Source: Minisyncoccota bacterium
GTDB taxonomy: Bacteria; Patescibacteriota; Minisyncoccia; 2-02-FULL-40-12; GWA2-44-9
DNA: 64,000 bases
Assembly: GCA_018062285.1 (NCBI GenBank)
Contig: JAGOSO010000002.1
Coordinates: 3,164-67,163, forward strand
Reading direction: 5' to 3'
This document shows, piece by piece, positions 10,134 through 18,928 of the stretch (positions are counted from its first letter, which is position 1; each line of letters begins with the position of its first letter). The position numbers were made by a program, and so were the translations under genes. The notes beneath the pieces were generated by a model, which was not told the DNA's origin, ran no database searches, and worked only from the letters and a program-made list of their open reading frames with translations.

Positions 10134-10436
10134 TTAAGCTTTGGGTTTATCTAATTTATGCAAGCCGATTGCTTTGACCCCGAAATAAACGACAAAAGCG
10201 ATTACCAAAAAATCTATCACGACACTTAATAAATCACCGTACATAATTTGGGCTGAGCCAATTCCAAACGATGCATTCTTTAAACCACTGGTCGAACCAA
10301 GGGCCACACTCAATAGCGGATTAACAATATCCACGACTATTGCCGCGACAACCTTCGACACCGCACCTCCAAGGATAAAACCTACAGCCAACCCTACGAC
10401 GCCCTGTTCTCTTATAAAATCAATGAATCCCCTCAT
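10134..10436 (-). CDS. mscL: Large-conductance mechanosensitive channel MscL
   Basis: MRGFIDFIREQGVVGLAVGFILGGAVSKVV... canonical MscL N-terminus and TM1. Confidence 0.85.
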   Translation of the reverse strand: MRGFIDFIREQGVVGLAVGFILGGAVSKVVAAIVVDIVNPLLSVALGSTSGLKNASFGIGSAQIMYGDLLSVVIDFLVIAFVVYFGVKAIGLHKLDKPKA

Positions 10437-10499
10437 AGAATTTAAGTTAGTTTATTAAGCCCAGTATATCATTATTTTAAAATATGAATAATTAAAAAA

Positions 10500-10533
10500 G
10501 GCTGGTGATCGTGCCTTAGCACGATCACCAGCC
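10500..10533 (-). terminator. Rho-independent terminator (perfect 15-bp stem) of paralog 1; identical copy at 10997-11030 for paralog 2
   Basis: ggctggtgatcgtgc-cttag-cacgatcaccagcc followed on the minus strand by a T-run. Confidence 0.7.
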
Positions 10534-10547
10534 GTGACGCCGAGCTG

Positions 10548-10886
10548 CTACATCATCCAGGCCATGAAGAAATCCATGTACGAAAGATTGTTCACCAGCA
10601 CAGTCAAGCCGTCACACTTGTCGGCAAATGAATTGCCCATGAAGTCGTTCATCAGCCAGGCAGCGTACCGCTCCTCGCGGTCAGCCCCGTAGTAGTGACA
10701 GTTGTGCCCGTCGATCACGACGTCCGTTCTTCCGATCGCCCAAATAAGGCGGATGAGCGTCCCGTCCTGATCAACGAAAGCAATCTCTCCATCCGTGGAC
10801 GCCGCCTGCAGGGAGGAGGTGGCGATTGGGGCGGCCATGACCAGGGCCACCATCAGAGCAAGAACCAACTTTCTCAAACGTTTCAT
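10548..10886 (-). CDS. Small secreted Cys-containing protein, tandem paralog 1 (signal peptide; C-terminus ...FFMAWMM)
   Basis: MKRLRKLVLALMVALVMAAPIATSSLQAAS signal peptide; GC-rich; GAGGG SD; the tool's longer ORF to 11027 runs into the upstream promoter, so the start is placed at MKRLRK. Confidence 0.6.
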   Translation of the reverse strand: MKRLRKLVLALMVALVMAAPIATSSLQAASTDGEIAFVDQDGTLIRLIWAIGRTDVVIDGHNCHYYGADREERYAAWLMNDFMGNSFADKCDGLTVLVNNLSYMDFFMAWMM

Positions 10887-10941
10887 TTGCTTTCCCTCAC
10901 GAAAATACTGGGCCCAACCGGTAGGACTCAGTAGTTTCAAT

Positions 10942-10970
10942 ATTATAGCCGATAGACCCGAAATGGTCAA
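10942..10970 (-). promoter_or_regulatory. Sigma70 consensus-like promoter TTGACC-17-TATAAT for paralog 1
   Basis: Minus-strand TTGACCatttcgggtctatcggcTATAAT about 55 nt upstream of the ATG. Confidence 0.6.
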
Positions 10971-11046
10971 TTGTGGATTATTTTTAAGTATTAAAAAAGG
11001 CTGGTGATCGTGCCTTAGCACGATCACCAGCCGTGACGCCGAGCTG

Positions 11047-11370
11047 CTACATCATCCACCACCAGAAGTTCATGGCCTCGAGGTTGTCGATCATCAGGTT
11101 GATGTCATCGCACTTGTCGGCGAAGTCATTGCCGCGCAAGTCGTTCACCAGCCAGGCAGCATACCGCCAGGCTCTTTCCGGGCCGTAGTACTGGCACTGG
11201 ACGCCGTCAATGATCACAGCCTTTGACTGCTTGTAGATGACAACCAGACGCCCCTGATCATCGACGAAAGAGACCTCGTCGCTGGAGGCGCGAACGGTCG
11301 TGGTGGTGACTGTGCCGGCCATGAAAAGGGCCACCATCAGAGCAAGAACCAGCTTTCTCAGACGTTTCAT
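11047..11370 (-). CDS. Small secreted Cys-containing protein, tandem paralog 2 (C-terminus ...NFWWWMM)
   Basis: About 45% identical to paralog 1 with the same signal peptide MKRLRKLVLALMVALFMAG and conserved DGxxCxYYG...YAAWLxND...FADKCD core. Confidence 0.6.
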   Translation of the reverse strand: MKRLRKLVLALMVALFMAGTVTTTTVRASSDEVSFVDDQGRLVVIYKQSKAVIIDGVQCQYYGPERAWRYAAWLVNDLRGNDFADKCDDINLMIDNLEAMNFWWWMM

Positions 11371-11425
11371 TTGCTTTCCCTCACGAAAATACTGGGCCCA
11401 ACCGGTAGGACTCAGTAGCTTGTTT

Positions 11426-11454
11426 ATTATAGACCATAGCTAGAAAATAGTCAA
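11426..11454 (-). promoter_or_regulatory. Sigma70 consensus-like promoter TTGACT-17-TATAAT for paralog 2
   Basis: Minus-strand TTGACTattttctagctatggtcTATAAT at the equivalent position of the duplicated unit. Confidence 0.6.
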
Positions 11455-11508
11455 TAGGGGCCAATAATACAAAAATTAAAGGCCCTATTCTTTACTATTT
11501 AAAATAAA

Positions 11509-11751
11509 TTACCGATGAGGGCAGCCGGCCCAGCAACATGGACGACGCATTCCGCCCTTCATTTTTGAGATCGCTTTTTCGATACGAATATTTCTTGTCT
11601 CGGCTTTCTTGCCCGAAATCACCCAGCAAATCCATTCATTCTTAGCTAAGGGCGTAATGCTATTCCACAATGCCTGCACTCTCTCAATCGAACCAATCGC
11701 CTCTTTCAAGTCGCTTGGTAGTTTATGCGGTGTTTGTGTTTGGCTCGGCAT
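11509..11751 (-). CDS. YdeI/OmpD-associated (OmdA) family protein
   Basis: LKEAIGSIERVQALWNSITPLAKNEWICWVISGKKAETRNIRIEKAISKM matches the YdeI/OmdA pattern. Confidence 0.6.
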   Translation of the reverse strand: MPSQTQTPHKLPSDLKEAIGSIERVQALWNSITPLAKNEWICWVISGKKAETRNIRIEKAISKMKGGMRRPCCWAGCPHR

Positions 11752-11861
11752 AGCTGTGGAATTATTTAAATAATCTTATCATTTTTTACAGTAATTAAAG
11801 AGCCCGTGACGAGCCGTGAATAAAATCACGGACTCTTTCACGGGCTACGCCTCCAGCGGGC

Positions 11862-12014
11862 TTACGACAACAGCTTGTCGCGGACGAAGTAGTAGTAATA
11901 CTTCCCGCTATAGTAAAAAACAGTGACGAGCGTCCACCGCTCCTTGCCCAGTTCGTTCAACTGTTCAACTGATGCGGTGGGGGCGGTTGTTTCCAAAACC
12001 ATGTACTCTTTCAT
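11862..12014 (-). CDS. DUF4177-like small protein (50 aa; below the ORF-track cutoff)
   Basis: Translated by hand: MKEYMVLETTAPTASVEQLNELGKERWTLVTVFYYSGKYYYYFVRDKLLS. This fits the DUF4177 M-x-YK/M-V...G-W-x-LV pattern. GC-rich; hairpin agcccgtga...tcacgggct downstream. Confidence 0.45.
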   Translation of the reverse strand: MKEYMVLETTAPTASVEQLNELGKERWTLVTVFYYSGKYYYYFVRDKLLS

Positions 12015-12200
12015 CTGTTCCTCCTAGGGCCAGATACGGCCTCTGGTGATCGAAACGTTTCCTCTCTCGAGCGTACTATAAATATAGCACATTTAGTGCC
12101 ATAAGTCAAGTTTGGAATTGAGAGATGAAAAGAGGTTTAAAAATCAGCCCCTTCATATTACTTTCCATAAGTTTTTTCAACGGCTCAAGGGGTTGAGCCG

Positions 12201-12488
12201 TTAGATTTTTTCGTAGAAGACGGCGTTGCCGGTGGTGCCGACTTGGCGAATCTTGCCCTGCTTTTCCAGTTCATCCAAATACCTCGTCACCGTCGCATCC
12301 GACACCCCCAAAGCCTGCTGAACTTCATTATTGGTCACCCTCCCCGCCCCAACCATCACCAAAATCTTCTCCAAATTCTTTTTCTTTTCCTCAACCTGCT
12401 TCTCCCCAAAACCAACCCCCGTACCATTCCTCTTCCCAACCATATACCCAATCACCGCCCCAACAACTAAATAGATTATGTTAGACAT
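12201..12488 (-). CDS. Membrane-anchored winged-helix (HTH) DNA-binding protein
   Basis: MSNIIYLVVGAVIGYMVGK TM helix then VTNNEVQQALGVSDATVTRYLDELEKQGKIRQVG wHTH; GC-rich; the ORF-track start at 12581 lacks support, so the start is placed at MSNII. Confidence 0.5.
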   Translation of the reverse strand: MSNIIYLVVGAVIGYMVGKRNGTGVGFGEKQVEEKKKNLEKILVMVGAGRVTNNEVQQALGVSDATVTRYLDELEKQGKIRQVGTTGNAVFYEKI

Positions 12489-12710
12489 GGATTTTATTAA
12501 AATAGTTATCAACAGTTGGCAGTTAATGCCAGTCTCGTACAATGTGTGTGAGCAGTCAGTGACAGAGACTGCTAAGTACATTCTGACAGAACAATCATAG
12601 ACAAACGTAGTGTTGCTAGCAAATGCTGGCGAGAGGATTCGACTTACGTTCGATCGGTTTTGTTGTACTTCAGTTTAACAAAGTACTGTCTGTAAGTACT
12701 TCACAAACCG

Positions 12711-12917
12711 ATGCCCTATTACACTCGTAATACTGGTAAAGCATGGACTCCACAAGAAGAAATGCTTATGAGACTTTATGCTCGGCAGAACATGCCGACC
12801 AGAGTCATTGGGATGAAGCTGGGCCGCACAGAAAGTGCAGTCTACGCGAAAGCTTCAGAATTGAATCTTTCACTTCATCCAATAAACCAGTCCCCGTACA
12901 ATAGACTTCAAAAGTAA
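12711..12917 (+). CDS. Small HTH/Myb-SANT-like putative DNA-binding protein
   Basis: WTPQEEMLMRLYARQNMPTRVIGMKLGRTESAVYAKASEL; divergent from the 12201-12488 gene; followed by a terminator. Confidence 0.4.
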   Translation: MPYYTRNTGKAWTPQEEMLMRLYARQNMPTRVIGMKLGRTESAVYAKASELNLSLHPINQSPYNRLQK

Positions 12918-12919
12918 GT

Positions 12920-12952
12920 CTCTCGAACTCCGCCCACCAGGCGGAGTTCTTG
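12920..12952 (+). terminator. Rho-independent terminator
   Basis: gaactccgcc-cacc-aggcggagttc followed by ttgtg. Confidence 0.5.
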
Positions 12953-13077
12953 TGTAAATAGATGTTATCATTTTAAAGGTTCTGATCCAGATGCTTGTCC
13001 ACACTTGTGGCCACCTATTGATTTACCGATTACATACACAATTATGACACCAATGACTAAGTAGGTTGTGTCGATAA

Positions 13078-14019
13078 TTAGATCTCTTCCTTAAATTTAA
13101 TGTATGCCTGTTGAATTATGTATAAACCATACTCAAGTTCTTTTTCGTTTGAAATTTCAATTGACGAAATATGTTGATTGTAGTGTTTCATACTGTTTTC
13201 GTTGTAAAAAACTTTATGTTCTGGATCTTTAAAATCTTTTGGCTGAGCTCGAGTAAAATCGATTTTGAGCTTACTTCCAAGCACGTGACAGTATAAGACA
13301 TTTTTTAAGTTGCCTGGCAGCTGGAAAGAAATATAAGATTTTGTCGGATGCGGCATCAGACTGGAGTCAAGGGCAGAAAGCCTGTCTTTCATCTGTTCAT
13401 ATAACTTTTTACCCATTCCCGACGGCCGACTCTTTAAGTAATCTTCTTCAGAGTAAGTTCTTACTTGTCTGGAAACCTTCCGCACTTCACTATCTGTAAT
13501 ACCCAAACTCTCTATGGACGCTTTGGCTCCAGTCTTCTTGATCTGAGAATATTCAATGAGATCTCCTTCGTATCGTGTGACTTCCCACAATTCAATAGGT
13601 AGGTCTCTAAAATTAATTGCTTCAAGTTGGTAGGGAGTAAAAGATCTAGTCAAAAAAATGACCTTCATTTGAGACCAGTCGAAGTCAGACTTCCCCCTCT
13701 TCTCTTGAAATTTTTTATTAAATTCTAAAACAAATTCCGCTTGGTTGTTAAGTATTAGCGATAGATAGGCAAAGCCTTGGTCAATCACACTAAAACTTCT
13801 TTCTCTTTTATATTCAATGACCACGAAAGTATTCAGACTGGGATCGTATGCCAAAGTATCTATGCGCAGACCATTGTGTTGGAATTCAGTCGCAATAAAT
13901 TCTAAGCCAAATATTTCTTTAATATTTTTTTCGGTCAACTCCTGCAAGTCCTTCTCTAGCCTAAAGGGCGCTTCTCTTATTAAACCGATTTTTTCTTGTT
14001 GTTTTTTAAATAAAGACAT
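13078..14019 (-). CDS. PD-(D/E)xK nuclease-fold protein (NucS/DUF91-like N-terminal domain + uncharacterised C-terminal domain)
   Basis: GLRIDTLAYDPSLNTFVVIEYKRER reproduces the D...(D/E)xK NucS/DUF91 core (IDxLAxDxxGxxVVIExKR); immediately downstream of hsdR. Confidence 0.5.
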   Translation of the reverse strand: MSLFKKQQEKIGLIREAPFRLEKDLQELTEKNIKEIFGLEFIATEFQHNGLRIDTLAYDPSLNTFVVIEYKRERSFSVIDQGFAYLSLILNNQAEFVLEFNKKFQEKRGKSDFDWSQMKVIFLTRSFTPYQLEAINFRDLPIELWEVTRYEGDLIEYSQIKKTGAKASIESLGITDSEVRKVSRQVRTYSEEDYLKSRPSGMGKKLYEQMKDRLSALDSSLMPHPTKSYISFQLPGNLKNVLYCHVLGSKLKIDFTRAQPKDFKDPEHKVFYNENSMKHYNQHISSIEISNEKELEYGLYIIQQAYIKFKEEI

Positions 14020-14021
14020 AA

Positions 14022-16355
14022 TTATTTATATAACAGTTTTTGGAAGCCAAAGAAAATTGATCGAATTTCAATAACTTCACCGAGCTCTTGTTCTGCATTA
14101 GCAATGGCATGATATTTCAAATTCAAGAGTATTGGTAATTTATCTTCGCCCAATTCTTCAACGCCTTTTTCCTGATACTTAGCCAAAGCAAATTCAATGA
14201 AATCTCTCTGCTTTTCATTTAAGCCGTCGAGGATGTTGTACTTATTGTTTTGAATTCTCTCAACTCGACTTATTGGTTGTAAAGCAAAAGCGATGTAGCC
14301 AAGTACATCGAATAAGTCACTGTTCTCCGCATTAACTATTTTCTGTATAGATTCAAGTTGTTCCTTGCCGTAACCCATCTCACCTAGTTTTTCAAGCAAA
14401 GCTTTTCTAGTTTGGGGGTTTGACCATATCTCTCTTAGTTGCTTTTCGTCTTTAAATAGATCTGGCAACGCTCCGTAAAGACTATTCAAAAATTCTTCGG
14501 TTGATATTGGCTTACCATCCGCACTCCAAAACGAGGTTGAGATCATGTGCTGTATTTCTCTCTCTTTGCCATCTCGAAGCTTTATTTTTAGTTTCTCTGC
14601 TGGGGGTGGTGGAAGTACTTCACAAACACAAGGTCTCTGACCGCATACTTCACAAATTCGAGGTTCAGTTGGTGGCTTAGTCTCATCTTCGGTTGTTTGA
14701 TCAATTGGTTCTCCGTCCCACTCGGGATCTAGGAAGTGGTGATACGCGTCCACGAAATCTATAATTGTGAAATATTCTTTCCCATCAAACAATCTAGTAC
14801 CACGACCAATAATCTGCTTAAACTCAATCATCGAATTTACAGGCCTCATTAATACAATATTTCTTACATTGCGAGCATCGACACCAGTAGAAAGTTTTTG
14901 TGAAGTGGTAAGGATAGTTGGGATAGACTTTTCGTTATCTTGGAACTGACGAAGATATTCTTCGCCTAAAAATCCGTCATTGGCGGTAACTCGCACACAA
15001 TAATTTGGATCTGAACTTTTCTTGTGCTTGTTTATAAAATCACGAACAAGAAGCGCGTGACCTTGTGTAGCGCAAAATACGATGGTTTTTTCATTCTGGT
15101 TTATTTCATTCAGAAATACTTTTACTCGATTTTCTTCTCGTTCACGAATGTGGATGTTCCCTCGAGCAAAATCATCTTCTTTGTAAATCTTTCCTTCCTC
15201 AACCTCTCCCTCAACCACAGTGTCATCCGAAGTATAAATATATTCATCCAGCGTCGTTTTAATACGCTTTACTTTGAATGGTGTAAGGAATCCATCGTTA
15301 ATTCCTTCTTTGAGTGAATAGATATATACCGGCTCGCCAAAATATTTATAGGTATCTACGTTATCAATTCTTTTTGGCGTTGCAGTAAGACCAAGCTGTA
15401 CCGCAGAAGAAAAATATTCCAGAATACCTCTCCAGTTTGATTCGTCGTTTGCCCCGCCCCTGTGACACTCGTCAATGATTATTAAATCAAAGTAATCTTT
15501 TGGATATTCACCAAAGTAAGGAGTTTCATCTGGGCCACTCATGAAAGTTTGGAAGATGGCAAAGAAGATACTTCCATTCATTGGAACGCCACCCTTCTTG
15601 CGAATATCATTGGGCGTAATGCGAACCAGTGCATCCTCAGGAAAAGCGCTGAAAGCATTAAACGCTTGATCGGCTAAGATATTTCTATCTGCCAAGAAAA
15701 GAATTCGAGGCTGTCTCTTACCATCTCGACTGATATTCCATCTGCTCTGGAATAGTTTCCATGCGATTTGAAAAGCTATGAATGTTTTGCCCGTACCAGT
15801 TGCTAATGTAAGCAATACTCGAGGCTTCTCTTCTGCGACAGCATCCATCACTCGGTTAACTGCTATTTCTTGATAGTAACGAGCTGATTTACTACCATTA
15901 ACATCTTCGAATGCAACATCTGAAAACTTGTTCTTCCACTCATTCTGTTCAGAATAAATTTTATTAAATAATTCCTCTGGGGTTGGGAAAGTAATAACCG
16001 GCCCTTCGATACCATTCTTCATGTCTATCTCATGGATTTCGTGTCCATTGGTTGAATAAGAAAAAGCCACCTGAAGCTTACCGGCGTACGTTTTTGCTTG
16101 TTGTACACCTTCAGTAGGTGCTAGGGACTCTTTCTTTGCCTCAATTACGGCAAGTTTTCTGTTTTTATATACCAAGACATAATCAGCAATTTCCGGCTTT
16201 TGAGGTACGCCGCCCATTTCAATCTTTCCTGGAGATATACGAAATTCTCGATGGACTTTGGACCCTTCAATAACACCCCAGCCAGATTCCTTGAGTTTTG
16301 GATCTATATATTCAGCTCTAGTTTCGGATTCATTCATGTACTTGACATTATACAA
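14022..16355 (-). CDS. hsdR: Type I restriction enzyme R subunit HsdR
   Basis: N-terminal nuclease region, SF2 helicase motifs LTLATGTGKTFIAFQ (motif I) and IIIDECHRG (DEAH); 777 aa. Confidence 0.85.
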   Translation of the reverse strand: MYNVKYMNESETRAEYIDPKLKESGWGVIEGSKVHREFRISPGKIEMGGVPQKPEIADYVLVYKNRKLAVIEAKKESLAPTEGVQQAKTYAGKLQVAFSYSTNGHEIHEIDMKNGIEGPVITFPTPEELFNKIYSEQNEWKNKFSDVAFEDVNGSKSARYYQEIAVNRVMDAVAEEKPRVLLTLATGTGKTFIAFQIAWKLFQSRWNISRDGKRQPRILFLADRNILADQAFNAFSAFPEDALVRITPNDIRKKGGVPMNGSIFFAIFQTFMSGPDETPYFGEYPKDYFDLIIIDECHRGGANDESNWRGILEYFSSAVQLGLTATPKRIDNVDTYKYFGEPVYIYSLKEGINDGFLTPFKVKRIKTTLDEYIYTSDDTVVEGEVEEGKIYKEDDFARGNIHIREREENRVKVFLNEINQNEKTIVFCATQGHALLVRDFINKHKKSSDPNYCVRVTANDGFLGEEYLRQFQDNEKSIPTILTTSQKLSTGVDARNVRNIVLMRPVNSMIEFKQIIGRGTRLFDGKEYFTIIDFVDAYHHFLDPEWDGEPIDQTTEDETKPPTEPRICEVCGQRPCVCEVLPPPPAEKLKIKLRDGKEREIQHMISTSFWSADGKPISTEEFLNSLYGALPDLFKDEKQLREIWSNPQTRKALLEKLGEMGYGKEQLESIQKIVNAENSDLFDVLGYIAFALQPISRVERIQNNKYNILDGLNEKQRDFIEFALAKYQEKGVEELGEDKLPILLNLKYHAIANAEQELGEVIEIRSIFFGFQKLLYK

Positions 16356-16357
16356 TA

Positions 16358-17500
16358 TTATAGTCCATTTGAAAAGGCTTTGTCGAGTATGGATTTCTTT
16401 AATTCATCAATACTCTCAAGCTTTTGTTTGTAGAGGGACTCTAATTCCTGAGTCTTTTCAGAAAGCTGATCGAGTTTTTTAACAATTATTTTTTGTTGGA
16501 CTAGTGGAGAAATTGGAATTTCAATACTTTCAATTTGAGTCTTATTTATAGAATTAAATACCGCACCGGAATTTCCAATCAACTGATCTTCGAACATTTT
16601 AAAAAAATAAAAAAGAAAATCCCTATCAATTTCATCACCAACCCTAATAGCAGCTAAACCACGCCCAATACAAATTTTTTCAGTAGCAAAGTTTGTTGGT
16701 CCCACAGGTGCCCTGACTGACATTAAAATGTCTCCTTTTTCAGCTTCCTTTGTAACTTGAGTAGTCCAAACTGTTGGTTTTTTTAAAAAAATATCTCCAA
16801 AATCTTTTTTACCTTGATAGAAAGGTAACCCTTGACCTAATTTATTATAAAATTTACCTTCAGGTGATTGTCCTGCGATTACTTTACAAGTTTGACCTAT
16901 TTTTTTAACTTCCCAACTCTTACCTAGATTACAAAAAACATTATTTAAATAGGACTCAAAAAGCTCTTTTGAATTTTGCAAATTATTTTCCGTATTTTCT
17001 TTTGCTATTTCTAGATTTTTAAAAGTCTCATCGAGAATTTTTACAATTCTTTTTTGTTCTTGTAGAGATTCTGGAAAAGAAATCTGTATTTGCTTAAGGT
17101 TGTCATTATAAAGTCGAGAAATTGTAGCACCTTTAGTAGAATTCCAATCACAAACCTCGTAAAAGTAGTATAGATAGTCGTTTAATACTTGTTTTTCATC
17201 ATTATCAATCCATACAATATTTGAATCTTGAAAATATGCTGGCTTACCATCATACCTGACCCGTCTTCCAATTGTTCCAGATGCAGAAATAAGGATATCC
17301 CCTTTTTTGGGGAACGAAAATTTATTATGAAACTCGTTATATATTTCTTCAGAAATAAAGGCATCTGGTTCCTTACCAAAAGTTCCAATTTTATAAAATG
17401 GAATATCTCCAATTTTTTTCGTCTGGTCTTTAAATATCCTTTTACACATTGATATCTTACCAATATCTCCGAGTTTTTTTGTTTGCCAGTTAGTTTTCAT
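16358..17500 (-). CDS. hsdS: Type I restriction-modification specificity subunit HsdS (two target-recognition domains)
   Basis: Duplicated TRD architecture with conserved central and C-terminal coiled-coil spacer (LESLYKQKLESIDELKKSIL). Confidence 0.8.
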   Translation of the reverse strand: MKTNWQTKKLGDIGKISMCKRIFKDQTKKIGDIPFYKIGTFGKEPDAFISEEIYNEFHNKFSFPKKGDILISASGTIGRRVRYDGKPAYFQDSNIVWIDNDEKQVLNDYLYYFYEVCDWNSTKGATISRLYNDNLKQIQISFPESLQEQKRIVKILDETFKNLEIAKENTENNLQNSKELFESYLNNVFCNLGKSWEVKKIGQTCKVIAGQSPEGKFYNKLGQGLPFYQGKKDFGDIFLKKPTVWTTQVTKEAEKGDILMSVRAPVGPTNFATEKICIGRGLAAIRVGDEIDRDFLFYFFKMFEDQLIGNSGAVFNSINKTQIESIEIPISPLVQQKIIVKKLDQLSEKTQELESLYKQKLESIDELKKSILDKAFSNGL

Positions 17501-17502
17501 AA

Positions 17503-18924
17503 TTACAGAAGTTCTAACATGTACTCAATTCCTTTCTTTAGTTCTGATTCATTAATTTTAGGTTTAGTTGAATTGTAATGATTGATACCATTTCTGATTT
17601 CAGTTATAAATGTTATCTCATCAGGATGACCTTTCCAGGCTCTGTCTTTTTTAATTTTTTTACTCTGTAAATTTGTAAACAAATAATTCTGATCAAATAG
17701 TTTCACAGAAGTTCTATTACTATCACCTGCATCTTCATCTATATATCTTTCATGTAATATTCCATATAGTTGATTAAAATAATCACTTGATGGTATTCCA
17801 AAAACTTCATAGTTAACTGAAGCATAGGTTGATATATTTTTATCAAACTTCTCTATACTTGTTTTATTTGTCTTATCGCTCTTAATCACTTTATAATTTC
17901 TAGATAAATCATTTTTATCTATCATATAGTTTGAGTGGGTAGCAAAAAGACAAATATTATTTTCACCTTGAGATATCTTAACTAGCTCAGACAAGAAATA
18001 TTCTTGGGCCTGCGGATGCAGATGTGTTTCTGGTTCATCCAATAATATCAATGAATCAGAAAGCTCTTTAGTCTCTCTTTGAGATGAAACATTCAACAAA
18101 AAAGATACGAACTGTTTAAATCCATCGCTCCTTTGAACTGTTGTTCTAGGTCTTCCATTTGGATCATTAACATGAAAATTAATTATGTCTCCTGATATAT
18201 CAAAAGTTATGGTAATTGGATGGTTTGGCCAGACTTGTTTTATTAACTCTGTCACCTTAACACCCAGATCAGTCCGTAGAACTTGTCTCTCTGTAGAGTC
18301 CGTAGATATTTCCTGAATTTTCGATTGAATTTTATCTTTTGTATCTAATCCTAGTAATGAAAAACAATTCTTTAAGGGGATAGAAACATTGTCAGGATCA
18401 GCAGAAAAAGCACTCAGACTTATTTCCTTATTTATCAAATATTTATCTTCGGATTTCCAGAAAATAGTGTAATGAGTTTTTTTATAAATATGATCCTTTA
18501 ACAAACTTTCAATATTATCTTTTTGATCAGATTTTATATAAGCGCAAGCAAGAGATATGTTTTTTGTAAGAGATGGGTACTCAAAATTTACATACAGGGT
18601 CACTGATTTTAATTCTTCGTTTGAAATCCCTGATTCTGGAAAGCTTTCTAGAATTATTTTTATAGATTCAGAGATTTCTTCATCTGATTGTTCGTAAACA
18701 AAAACAACTGTAATCGGATTAGGTTTATTATGAAAATCTCCTATTTCAGGTTTTATATTTGTATGATCATCTAACAACGCCAACGCCTTTAAAAAACTAC
18801 TCTTGCCAGCCTCATTAATACCAATCAATCCGTATGTAAAACTACCATCATCCTGTGGTTGTATTTCAAACGGCGCATCTTCAATGCTTCTATAATTTTT
18901 AATTCTAACTGATTTTAATTTCAT
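17503..18924 (-). CDS. ABC-type ATPase fused to a C-terminal HEPN-like domain (PrrC/RloC-like anticodon-nuclease architecture) embedded in the type I RM operon
   Basis: Walker A GLIGINEAGKSSFLKAL, Walker B/D-loop LILLDEPETHLHPQAQ, H-loop LFATHS; C-terminal EIRNGINHY fits the HEPN R-x4-H motif; position between hsdM and hsdS mirrors the E. coli prrC locus. Confidence 0.55.
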   Translation of the reverse strand: MKLKSVRIKNYRSIEDAPFEIQPQDDGSFTYGLIGINEAGKSSFLKALALLDDHTNIKPEIGDFHNKPNPITVVFVYEQSDEEISESIKIILESFPESGISNEELKSVTLYVNFEYPSLTKNISLACAYIKSDQKDNIESLLKDHIYKKTHYTIFWKSEDKYLINKEISLSAFSADPDNVSIPLKNCFSLLGLDTKDKIQSKIQEISTDSTERQVLRTDLGVKVTELIKQVWPNHPITITFDISGDIINFHVNDPNGRPRTTVQRSDGFKQFVSFLLNVSSQRETKELSDSLILLDEPETHLHPQAQEYFLSELVKISQGENNICLFATHSNYMIDKNDLSRNYKVIKSDKTNKTSIEKFDKNISTYASVNYEVFGIPSSDYFNQLYGILHERYIDEDAGDSNRTSVKLFDQNYLFTNLQSKKIKKDRAWKGHPDEITFITEIRNGINHYNSTKPKINESELKKGIEYMLELL

Positions 18925-18928
18925 AGTT

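Larger units (their letters stand above)
10494..11460. repeat. Tandem duplication (two ~490-bp units), each unit = promoter + 5'UTR + small secreted protein gene + hairpin terminator
   Basis: Near-identical segments 10494-10560 vs 10991-11057 (terminator hairpin ggctggtgatcgtgccttagcacgatcaccagcc plus start of the coding end) and 10861-10935 vs 11351-11425 (5'UTR/SD/start). Confidence 0.85.

Noticed and set aside
10548-11027. Tool ORF start at 11027 giving a 159-aa protein
   Set aside because: The N-terminal 47 codons run through the promoter, 5'UTR and SD that are duplicated upstream of paralog 2. The true start is the MKRLRK Met at 10886.
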